Notes under the pieces: generated by a model
The model's input: the letters and a program-made list of their open reading frames with translations, nothing else
Database searches by the model: none
Told to the model about the DNA's origin: nothing
Translations under genes and position numbers: made by a program
From: Adineta vaga
Lineage: Eukaryota; Animalia; Rotifera
Reading direction: 5' to 3'
NCBI GenBank assembly: GCA_021613535.1
Contig: CP075496.1
Span: 14,694,001-14,758,000 of the forward strand
Length of the DNA stretch: 64,000 nt
Part shown: positions 13,761 through 25,500 of the stretch, in pieces
Numbering within the stretch: position 1 is the first letter of the stretch
Layout: the number at the start of each line of letters is the position of its first letter

Positions 13761-14322
13761 GAGCATACGACGATGCTATTAGTTCTATCGTCAGGCAATG
13801 AATTAACAGCTATTCAGATCTGTGTAACTGTTTTTATGACCATGAATAGACGAAAAAAGGTGTGTGCAACTTTGTTGTCATTATTTGTTGACTTACATCT
13901 TTTATCATGAGTAAGAATGATGCAGCATATGACCGAGCGTGTTACAAAAAGGTATATAGACAAACATCATTCTTGTAAACGAGAATACTGGTGACAAAAC
14001 AGAATCAACTTTGTAAAGAAAACAACGGCTGGCAAGTGAAAGTAAGTGTTCAAAAACGAAAATGAGTTTAGTATTGATCCGCATAATTAGAAAATGGTTT
14101 AGCTAAAAAATATAGTGAATAGAAATGAATTTTACAAATTATAGACGTTCAACTTTTAGCGAATAAAACCATGATCAAACTGCTTACTTATATTGTAAAT
14201 GAGAAATTATAGTATTTATGTCTAATACAGTTTAGTTGTTGGCTTACGTGTATTCACATATTTAAGCATTTTAAATAAAATTAATCAAATAAAATTTCTT
14301 CCTTTTTAATTCTAGTTTTATC

Positions 14323-15153
14323 ATGACGTATTCATATGGCTTAAGTTTTCTTTTTTTTCTTCTAATAATTGACTTTGGTGCAAGTCTGATTTGTTATCAA
14401 TGTGATAAAATGGTAGTCACACCTTCGAATATAACAGCACCATCGAATTGCATGAAAACAAATGTAGATCAAATGTTTTGTACGATAGAAATTGATTTTC
14501 ATAATGGTGAACTTGGATATCTAACAATTAAATCAGAAACAGCTCATCAAGCATTTGGTTACAAAGAAGATTTTGCTCTACTCGGTTTATATATTAAAAA
14601 TGATGGATCTTACGTATATGGTATTACTTATCATTGTTTGACTGACGGTTGTAATGAACCAAAACTCAGTAAATTATTATTTGAATCAACGACGATAGAT
14701 CATAATGCAACAGCTATTGTACCATTATTATACACATCACAACCTCCTGTTCCAGTAGCATGTGAAAAATATACAAATTTTACAAATCCTGATACATGTT
14801 ATTCAAAAGAGCCAGTTGGTGATTTATGTTTAAGATGTTTAGCATCGATCGATGGAATAACAAATTCAATGTGTGCTTATTGTTTAAAAAATGTGGAAAT
14901 AGTTACTAATCTTCTTGATGATGAACGAGCATATTTTGTGAAAACAAGAAAAACAAGCAATCATGAATTGATAATACGATGTAATATTCCAGATTGCAAT
15001 AGAATGAATAATATTCAGCAAATTCAAAAATTGTATCGTTATAATTTTGATTATGATAAATTCAATAGTCGATCTACATCAGCTTTGGTATTCTATAATA
15101 AGAATATAATTTACTTTTTTGCCATTATTCTATTAATTTGGAATAAATTTTGA
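14323..15153 (+). CDS. Secreted or GPI-anchored Cys-rich protein, two-domain Ly6/uPAR (three-finger)-like
   Basis: Signal peptide then LICYQC; HCLTDGCN and CNIPDCN domain-end motifs; hydrophobic C-terminal tail. Confidence 0.75.
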   Translation: MTYSYGLSFLFFLLIIDFGASLICYQCDKMVVTPSNITAPSNCMKTNVDQMFCTIEIDFHNGELGYLTIKSETAHQAFGYKEDFALLGLYIKNDGSYVYGITYHCLTDGCNEPKLSKLLFESTTIDHNATAIVPLLYTSQPPVPVACEKYTNFTNPDTCYSKEPVGDLCLRCLASIDGITNSMCAYCLKNVEIVTNLLDDERAYFVKTRKTSNHELIIRCNIPDCNRMNNIQQIQKLYRYNFDYDKFNSRSTSALVFYNKNIIYFFAIILLIWNKF

Positions 15154-16156
15154 AATGTATTATTCATATAGCGTGATATCTGTGTGTATATAATGCTTTT
15201 AAGATTTTGTTTTTCTCGAAGTGAATCTTGTGGAAGATATACGAATGTAATTACATTTACATTCAGTGATTAATTGTATTTTGTTTATATTTTGGGCGAG
15301 AAAGTAAGGTCTCTCCTCAGAAAAGGTTTTCCATGTCTATGATTCTTTCAATCTGAAATTCTCAGGGATAAATGATCCTGGTGAGAAATGCTTCTAATGA
15401 ACACTTTAGTTTGATCGATCGTACTATACTGTATTTACAGCAAATTCGGCCAGGTTTCGTTCCATGAAGCAGTTGAATTTCACGAACTGTTTTATCGAAA
15501 CTATAGATAATGAGTTTTTAGCATATGCATTGAAAAATATACATTTGTTTTTGTATTCGCACATGGTTCATCGACAAAAAAAGACCGATGTTGCTTTCGC
15601 TTTTCTAAAAGCTAACCGTTACCGATCATTGTATGAGGTTATTAGTCAAATAAAGTCTCTTTATAACAAAGATAAAACAGTATAAGCGCTCAAGTATTCT
15701 CTAAATATCACTCATCGACGAAAGCGTATGTGTTTTGCGTACGTCATCCTTTTGCTTATCATAACAGAACGGGAAGTATTTCACCTGGCGTTAGTATATA
15801 TGAATGAGGAAAATATAATTTTATGAGTTTTACGGTAACTAAAACCCATTTTACTTTATACATTATATTCAATGAAATGCTTCGAGATTCAAGTGATTCT
15901 TATAGATTTCATATTGATGATGAATGTTCTGTAGGAGTTAACTATACAAAGAGATATTGCAATTATCATGCAAAAAATATCATACATCGTAGCATTACTG
16001 TTTTTTTCATCAAGTAAGAATTCTTTCTCTTCACAAACAAATCTCTCGTGTGTGAGCTATGTTTTACTCGTTCTCTTTCTGATCATTTCAGTTAACTTTT
16101 GTTATTTCGTACACTACCTTTTTGAAAAAGTTCTTGACCAGTATTCATCATCGATG

Positions 16157-16670
16157 TGATGCAAGCAACGACAATAGTAATGAGAAAATTGTTGGAGGTT
16201 ACTGGTTGCTCCATCTCCTATTCGTATACGCGATATTAATACATATTATAATCTAATCTATTTGTTCCATGCACGACCTGTCGGTGAACGATCAGAAACA
16301 GCTCATGAGATCTATTTTAATCTGTCGGACTATAGAAGAAGTGCACAAAATCAGTAAAGTTGGTCAATAGTGTTGTTGCTCTCTATCAACAATTCGGTGG
16401 TTTTGACGGATTAGATTGGAATACATTTGAAGCTGATCAAGACCTAGATACAGATGAAATGATTTATATCAGTATCGAATTGAAACGTCTTTACATCCAG
16501 ACTTTCTTATTACCGTACCACCTGCTCCTTGGAATCTTCGTGATATGGCGTTTTGTCAAGCAATGGTACAAGCAAATGCAACGGATCACGTAGCTCCCCG
16601 ATATTATGATTGTCCTGACTTGGCTGTATAATACTATGTTGTGAATAATAGCAACCAATGGATTCAATTA
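16157..16670 (+). pseudogene. Frameshifted GH18 chitinase-like pseudogene
   Basis: Fragments KIVGGYW, IRDINTYYNLIYLFHA, GGFDGLDWNTFE and PDFLITVPPAPW...APRYYD lie in shifting frames; an internal deletion is likely. Confidence 0.6.
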
Positions 16671-17046
16671 CTCAGCGCATAACATGTGTTTATTGCGTTT
16701 AGTGTAGCGGCCAGTACGTGGAATCAAGTTCAAAGCATAAATCCAACAGTTCGAGGTGTATTCTATTAGGATATTTGTACAGATGAAACCCAAGACTGGG
16801 TGTTTGCCAATAATATCGAGCGTCTTGTGACTGACAATACTATATCTAGTCAACAGAGAAAACTTACCAATGAAAAAACTTCTCTTCTTGAGAAAAAGTA
16901 TTTCGTAACATTAAATATCAAATTTATTTTTTCTTAGTTATTTTCAAGAGTGTTATCGATAGATAGACATAAATAACAATCCTCACCCTTATTTATGTTG
17001 TTGATGCTGTTATAAAGAAAAAAAGAAGACACTGAAATGTTCATTT

Positions 17047-18315
17047 CTAAACAAGTGGATAACTAGCCCAGTTTGCGATTCCACATTGATTATTTTTGTT
17101 GCGACTCATCCAAATATAGCCATGCCAGCCCCATGATTCACCCCAAGAATTTTTTACTATATAATAATCCTGTTTCGTTGTGCCATTATTAAATGTATCA
17201 TATCCGACAACAGTCATCGTGTGAGACCAATCTTTAGTTGAACATGCTGGTTCATCATAGACACCTGATGAGTAGAAGTAGAAAGAATCATGTAAATCGT
17301 CAATCGCCACTCCGATAGGACCCACAGTAGCAATAGCTATTTGTAAGGCTGTTTCATTTCCTTTTGCAATCTTAACAAAACCCTACAGGATGAATAGAAC
17401 AGCGAATAGAAAAGAATTTGGCATAGATGTAATATTTACTGTAGCATTTGCACCCACGGTCGATTGATTGAAGCGACATTTGCGTTGCACTGCTTCATAT
17501 GGATAGCTTGCTTCTGTATCCACACCTTTGTTAACTTTGATGTATTGAAATGCAGCATTGACTAGTCCTCCGTTACAGCCTTCATTACCAAATTTATCCG
17601 AACAATCCAACAGATTCTGAGCAGAAAGTCGCACTAGTTTGCCTGTCTTAAGAAAATGTTGCCCTTCTAGTGCGGTCGTTGCTGTATAAGCCCAATCTGA
17701 ACCACATTCACCTTGACTCTCAATTACCGAAGTAACAGCACCTTTCTTACGCCAATCTACAAATACTTATTAAATTAAAAAGAATTCGGTTAATAGAGAC
17801 AGACCAACAGCAGCTGGTATCAATGGATTCATATTCAATGGCGGACGAAATATATGTCGATTAGATTTAGTTGATATTTCAGTTGCTCGATTCATTTTAA
17901 ATTTATTCGACATAGTTCGCACGATCTCGTCACGTGTCTACATATGAAAAATAACTCTCCTTTAGATATTCATGAGAATAGAATTGAAAGTAAACGATTT
18001 ATAGTTATACCATATCAGCGAATTGATTAATCTTCAGTGTATAAGTATACAAGCCCAAATCAGCTGCAAGATTATGTCGATTAATCATGACGACTCTGTC
18101 GTTAAAGATATTTCGACTGGAAAGATTGCAAGATTTAATAATATAAATACTCTTCATTCTAATTTCCTATCTTACCGATAGTTTTCTTCTTCAACATTGA
18201 CATACTGTTTTATGTAAACACGTTTGAACAAATTCCAGAGTTCTGGTGATGTAAACTCATCGGATTTTGCTCCAGTAAAGGATAAAATAACGATGAGTAT
18301 GTAAACTAAATGCAT
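17047..18315 (-). CDS. Cathepsin L-like (papain C1A) preproprotein with catalytic Cys replaced by Asp (5 exons)
   Basis: Signal peptide, ERFNIN/GNFD-like prodomain, [39 protein letters not shown]; four short GT-AG introns. Confidence 0.9.
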
Positions 18316-18469
18316 GTCAGTAAGTGACTCTGCACTAAGTTATGATAACACACGAAAACTTTCACATCACTTTAAATAGACAAAAGATAACAGCTATGCT
18401 GACTTTCATAACTTATTAAAAATTTATGTCACGTATTACGAAGTATTTTACTATTTCTTTCAAGAAAAC

Positions 18470-19200
18470 CATCTTGAGGGTGTGGGTGTGGGTGTGGGTG
18501 TGAGTGATGGCATTGATATGCAATCCTCAAACCACACCCACACGCACACCTTAAATCGAAACAATATTTGCAATTTATCTGATATCATTTATTTAATTCT
18601 GAAGCATCTCCATTCCATTCTATTTGTCATCAAAAGTGCGAGTGTTGATCGTTCAATCTATGCAGAAAAAGATTACGAACGTGATCGGGCATGCTTAGCA
18701 CAATTGAAACAAATGGAAGACCAATATAAGCAACCAAATAATATGGAAATAGATGAACAGTGTAATTTGCTTGGATCTGGAGATGACGAAGAACTTAAAA
18801 ATAAACGCAAAAGTATGGGTTATTAAGCATGTTTTCTGTCGTATGGCGTAGTGATTGAATTTATTGAATAAATCAATCATGTGCGTATAATATGTGCAAG
18901 ACAGTTACTAATGCTGATTGTTTATCAAATGGCAGTGATGATGTTTACAATGGAATTAATTCAGTTATAGCAGAACAATCATTTCGTTATCTAACCGAAT
19001 TTAAACTCTCAATACGTCGTTTAGCTTATCCAAAGTCAACAATTTTTAGTATATTCTTGTTGCATCTATGCAATTATCGTAACACAAAAATATCACCTGA
19101 TTGTACCGGCTTGGGAAGTAAATGCCTTCCTAAGACATTCAAACCGCTATATTTAAAATATTGCATCTTTGAAACAACTGAACGATACTAGAAATAATCT
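18470..19200 (+). mobile_element. Remnant of a KDZ (Kyakuja/Dileera/Zisupton)-like transposon with a telomere-hexamer hairpin at its left end
   Basis: C...NGINSVIAEQSFRYLTEFK resembles the KDZ NSxxxEQxFxxL motif; begins CATCTTGAGGG(TGTGGG)n. Confidence 0.45.
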
Positions 19201-22200
19201 GGTTCAACATTTTCCTTAATGTATATTCCGGAAGGAAACGATGATAAATAAACTATAATTGTTTCGTAAATTTAGAAAAATATGCTTGGAATTCTGATGA
19301 AGAAAACTTTAATGGTATTGATAACTAATTAAAGCTGATATTAAAGTGAGTTTTTCTAAATTATTTTCTCGGTTGCTACTCACGTAAGATTTTAATGTAG
19401 AATTTTCAAACAACGACTTTCTCTAAGACAATTTTCTGGCTAACCGTTGTATCCATTCATTGAAGGAGAACATACTTTTTCTCTATTTTCAGCTTCTACA
19501 ACTCCTTTCTTTGTAATACAGTTACTTAGAACATTGCGAGAACATTATGTTTGATAATTAATTGTCTTACATCGTATGAGTAATCAGTTTTTTTGTATAA
19601 TTATCTATCTTGTTCATGTGTTTGGTCTATTATTGCTTCAATAGTTCAACTACCTCGTTCAGTTTGTATAACTGTTATTCTGCATATTTTCTTAAATCTC
19701 TTATGGAACTATATTAATATCTCTTTAGTGATACTTAATTTTTACAATCAATTGATATATACAAATAAATATATTTCATCTACTGTGAAAGGAGGGTATG
19801 CACAGAATGGCTTCATTTCAAGAGTTCTCGCAGGCATCGATGTCGGAATAAAATTCGAGAAAAATCAAATACGTGTGAGGAATCACCACATATGCCCTAT
19901 GTGTATTAATCCAGGAAACAGTGCTTCCTGTTGAGTTCCTTTTCAGTGACGTATTGATAAAAGACCAGAAACTACTCGAGAAACACTCAAATGAAATTAA
20001 CTTATTCTTTTTCGAAATTTGACTACCAATGAATTGTATAGTGATGATAAACGTTGAAGCGGCTAGTTGCTCCCCAAACAATCGATACAAAGTAAATCTT
20101 GAAAATTAAGAAGAATATTTTTTCCTAGCTTAACACTAGCGTTCGTCTCGACACAAACTAAGCTGTTCCTCTTCAGCTAACTTCAGAAGAGTTATTTCTC
20201 AGATCCGATGATCATCAAAAGTAATCGATACCAAGAATATGACTATTCGAGAAAAAACCGAATCATATTTCTACTAAGAACTAAACGATTACGATGAATG
20301 AGGAAAAAATGTTTAATGAATTGTAGAAGTACTACCAACTTGACGAAAGAATTAGTACTGATCAACACCTCTGTCTGTTAGAGCTGTTTGAAACATGGTT
20401 TTGAACCCATCGAGGAGTGATTTTGATACAATTTATCTCCAAAGATATTCAGTAACCTAAGAATTCATAAGTCTAAGTGAAGCGTAATGTGTTTATGCAA
20501 GAAAACCTACGAAAGTAGACATGTGATTGTCATTTTCAGCATATTTATTCATTTCAGCCATGTTAGTATTCTCTTGTTCCATTATACTTCTAAATGAGTC
20601 AATAGCATTGTTTTATGATTGTTAATCTCTTTATACAACTATAGTCGTCAGTGCCGTCACTGAACATTATTCTCATATGTGATTCTATTAAAGTTACTCG
20701 ATAATTTGTTAGATATTGATAACCGACTGCAAGATGTCTGCTCAGACTCATTTAAGTGCGATCTGATGGAACGATGAAGGACCATGTCCTTCGAAAAAAC
20801 AAATAGAAGTAGTCACACAGTCGTGTATCTTTTTTTTCAGGACAAATTTAACAAATCGAAAGTACAATTTAACATGGTTTTTTTTACAACTATTGAGCCA
20901 AAATAAATGTAGTACCAAGCTTGCTTTCAAGAATATTCAGATCGTATTCTGATATCTTTTCTACATTTAAAGTTTCGTCGAACACTGATTGGTGTATTCC
21001 TCTTATTCGTTTCTGATTGTTAGTTGTGAATATCTTGCAACTGACGAAGTCGACATTTTTAAATATTGTACTAATATCAAAACATATTCACAAGAAACAG
21101 TGAAAGCAAAGCGGTAATACATGATAAGAATCACAGTATGTCGAGTCATGATTTTTCAAAGTGGATATGAATACTCAAGACACTATCCTGATTTTTCTGA
21201 AAAGGATCAATAAAGTCAAACGATGAGCGCCACTTCTTTACAACTGCATAACGTAAAAGTATAAAAAATTAAAGCCGACGGAACAATTTTTGAGAATGAG
21301 GCGTACTATTAGAATTATTCAGAAAAATAGAGATATATCTTGATTGCCAAGATCTAACATGAACAAATAGGTGACAGCCCGATCTTATTAACGGAACGGC
21401 AAACATCGGATTTCTTGATAGAATCTGGCACGTACAATTGAAACTTAGTTTTCTCATTAAACGCATACCGACTGCACCTTGGAAATGAGAAGACGATTTT
21501 GAGTAAAGAGTTAGCAACGCTTACGTTGCGTTACTTGTACACTTTGCAGTACACACAACTTTCAGGTGAAATCCAAAACGTCCGTATTTATTGTATATTA
21601 ACGTAGTTTTCAGCACTGGCGTAGTTTCAAACTCATAAGTTCGTAAGATAGGGAATATGTACATTGAACTGTATAAATAAATTTATTTGTCCTTTGTAAA
21701 CTTATAATCATTTACTTATATTCAACCATACTTTAGAATAAGCACGCAATTAATTTTGTTGGCACTGACTTTTCTGATACTCTAATGTTTTCTTTGTCGA
21801 GCATGTTATTTATTCAGCTTGAAGCGCATATACTGGCATTACTCTTTTTTCCATGATCTTATAATTAGCATATATTAATCTTTTAACCTTATACGAAAGT
21901 GTTCATGTTTCAACATGAGCACATGTCACCGTTCGTTATAATTAACATATACCTTCTTAGACAAGAAGAATCCAAATGACGTCTAATGAGATAATCAAAG
22001 TAAATCTGTTTTTCTTTAATATCTGCTGTGCACTTTGTATATATGTATTCATTGATTAACACAATAAATCATAATTGAAAGGATTAGCCTACACTATAAC
22101 CATTTTCTTAAATCAAATATCATGCGAAATAAAAGTAAGTTCCCTCGCCTGTAGGGAGGGTCATATGAAAATAATAGTTTGTCTGTCTGTCTTTCTGTGG

Positions 22201-22556
22201 GTTTATGTCAGGGTCAACGGTCAAGGATAAAAAACATCAGTGAAGGCTCGTTAAACGAGCCTCGTTTGAAATCATGGGTGGGGATATAGACCTCAGTGTG
22301 GGGTGAAAGCATATATAGGTGTGGATGTTAGTGAGAAAAAAATTTGAATCGTTTCCTCGTATATAAAGTTGCTAGATCAATTCGTCTCACTGTTGGTACA
22401 CGCAGAAAACACCTGGCTTTCACAGCCAAAAATAAAGTCAACCGGCACGACGAGCGTTACTTGTCTATATTTATACAAAAACGAAAGAGAATTGTTTTTC
22501 TAAATTATAAAATCAATTATTTTGTTGGAAAATATAAACAATAAGTTTAACAGTAT

Positions 22557-25500
22557 CTAATAAGAACCTCTTGCTTGAAAGAGTTCATGGCAACTAGTGC
22601 ATGCTCGTTTCGTTAATTCATCCGTGCAGGCCATACGAAGTCGCTCAACAGTCGCTGGTGAATTCATTGGAAAATACCCTGAATAACCTTGCTCTTCTCG
22701 GTAAACCATACAAGCGCTTTTAAGTGCAAAAAAGGCTGAAGCACCAAGAAAAAATGGAGGTTCACCCACAGCTTTTGATGAATATATAGCTTTAGGATTG
22801 GGTGCATTAGAAAGAAGCTCTATACGCATATCCAATGGAATATCATTAAATGACGGAATTTTATATGTTCCAGGTCCACGAGTAAATAAATTGCCTGGTT
22901 TTATCCATTTGTGTTGTGTATCATCGCCCCATGCGAGTTCTTCCATTGTAAACATACCGAGACCTTGAATAAAAGCACCTTCTATTTGACCAATATCAAT
23001 TTGAGGGTTGAGTGATGTACCAACATCCTGAAGTTACAAAATGATAATTCAACAAAAAGTAATGCTGAATATCCCAAAAACCATGAACTTGGTATTTTCT
23101 ATATTTCTCCTGTATTATCTAGTGAACTACACGATCGTTGTTTTCTGTTTTCAATTATGATCAGAGCCACGAAAGTAAAGAGCTTAGGATCAAGATTACC
23201 ATTAACATATTCTACACTGGCAACAACAATAACTGTCATACTGAACCATGTTTGCAAAAATATCAAAAGTCTTTGATAGATTTCGTACTAATATAGGGCG
23301 CATCCACCGTGAAATTCTAAGTGATTTTTTCGGACACAATTCTTTGTCTTCAGTGTGGAGATAAATCTCGCAACAAGACGTAGCAGAGTTAGAACCGGTC
23401 TGAATCTCCATACAGACTGGCAAAATAACGACGAAAACTTGTCGTTCAGAACTTATAACTTTACCGGTGTAGAACCGGTGCATCTTATACATTAAATGAA
23501 TAATTACTCCATTGGAGATAGAGGTTTTTACGTTAATCTGACGCGGATAAGCACTATTAAAGTAGAAACTTTTCTACTTTCTATTAGTAACAACTGGTCT
23601 TTTAACCTAATTTATTTGAGTTCTAATATTGAGGATTAGCGAAGATTTGATTTCTCTCAAACTAATTTAACTGAGAATTGAGGAAAACTAATACTATCCT
23701 ATCTTTGGCTATATTTTGGTTGGCTGTTCTCAATGACAATATGATTGATTGATTGACAAATGATCGTGTATTTCATATGAAATAATTATTTAACACATCG
23801 AAACATATTTCAATCCATCAAACGGATAGTTCTACATAATAATGGACGAACTAAGATATAAAGCAGAGTTTATCATAAGAAAATTCCTGAACAAAGTTTG
23901 TTGACAGAAGTATTTTCGCAGTTATATGATAAGAGGCGCGAATGCAATTTTCCAAACAGAATGTATTTTTTCTAATATTTTGTCATGAGAAGAACTAGAA
24001 AATACTAGCTGTTGAGATTTTATGAGTGGACCAAAAAAGACGAGACAAACGAGTTCCAAGTTACAATGTCGAGAATCTATAGTGTAAGTCGATGCTATCT
24101 TCAAATATCTGTTAAGCTTTGAGCGTGAATAAGAAAATCGACTCGACAACTTTTGACGATCTCATTCTGTAATGGGGAAGCAAGTCAAGCCCTCCTCCTC
24201 GCGGTGTTTCCTGGATAACGCTAACGGGTCTCTGCAAATCTTTCATGCTGAACACAATATATGGAAATCGTACCTCTCCCCGAGGTGGGATACCGGATCT
24301 AACCCGAAAAAGTTACGGGTACCAAAAACCAATTGCCAACTTGAAGCTAGCGATCGTCTCGCCAAACATCTTAGCACACACGAGGAGAAAGCGCGATGCC
24401 CCAAGGGCACGTTCAGTACAAATAAACATCGAAAGCGACTACAACAACATCATCACGTAATCAATATTGGCACATGGAACGTTACATCGGTAACTGGTAA
24501 GGAAATGGAAGTGGTTGAAGAAGCGCAAAAATATCGTTTTGACATACTTGGCACATCAACAAAAAGAAAAAACAAAGGATCAGTAACGTTAAACAATGGG
24601 TGACATTTATACTACTCTGGTGTTGACACAACAACTTATGCTCAAGCTGGAGTTGCAATGCTGGTAAATCCACGGTTAGTAGACTCAATCATCGAATAGA
24701 AACCAGCCAACGAAAGAGTCGCTCTCCTACGACTTCAACTAAAAAGAGCTACTCTAACGGTCATTCAAATATATGCACCAAATAATGAAACAGACTATTC
24801 AACATGTCTTGATGTTGTCTTTAGAACCATTGAAAATGTATCTGACGGTAGACTTTGTATTACTCATTCATGATTTCAATGCACATATGGGAAATGACTT
24901 ACAAACATGGAATGGTGTTATTGGATCAAATACTGATAAGAATGGCAACAACCAAGGTCCTCAACTACTAGATTTTTGCGCAAATAGCGGATTCTCAATA
25001 ATGAACACATTCTTCCAACACAAAGACATACACAAATATACACGGTACAAGGTAGGTGGTCAAGTAACTCAGAAATTCTTGGTTGACTACATCATTACAT
25101 CGGATAACATTAAACGAAAAGTTATGAATGTACGAGTCAAACTAGGGGCTGAGCTATCTACTGATCATCATCTGGCTATCTGTGTCTTACAGCTATCACA
25201 GAATGCTCTCAAACAACGAATACAAACAAAGAAAGTGTTCAGAATAAAATGAGAAGCACTAGGGGATACGAAAATTAGACAAAAATTCGCAAACAAGGTA
25301 GATCAAGAATATTCCCAAGTACCAAGGCAAGAAGGTGATATTGATTCGGAGTGGCTCCTATTCCAAATAGGTTTAATTAGTGCAGCAGCTGATACATGTG
25401 GCCTGAAACGACTTGGCTTAGTAAATGGTCAAAAAAGAACGGCATGGTGGACAGAAGAAATCCCCCAAATCATAAGCAAAATCAAAGTCGTCGGAAAATT

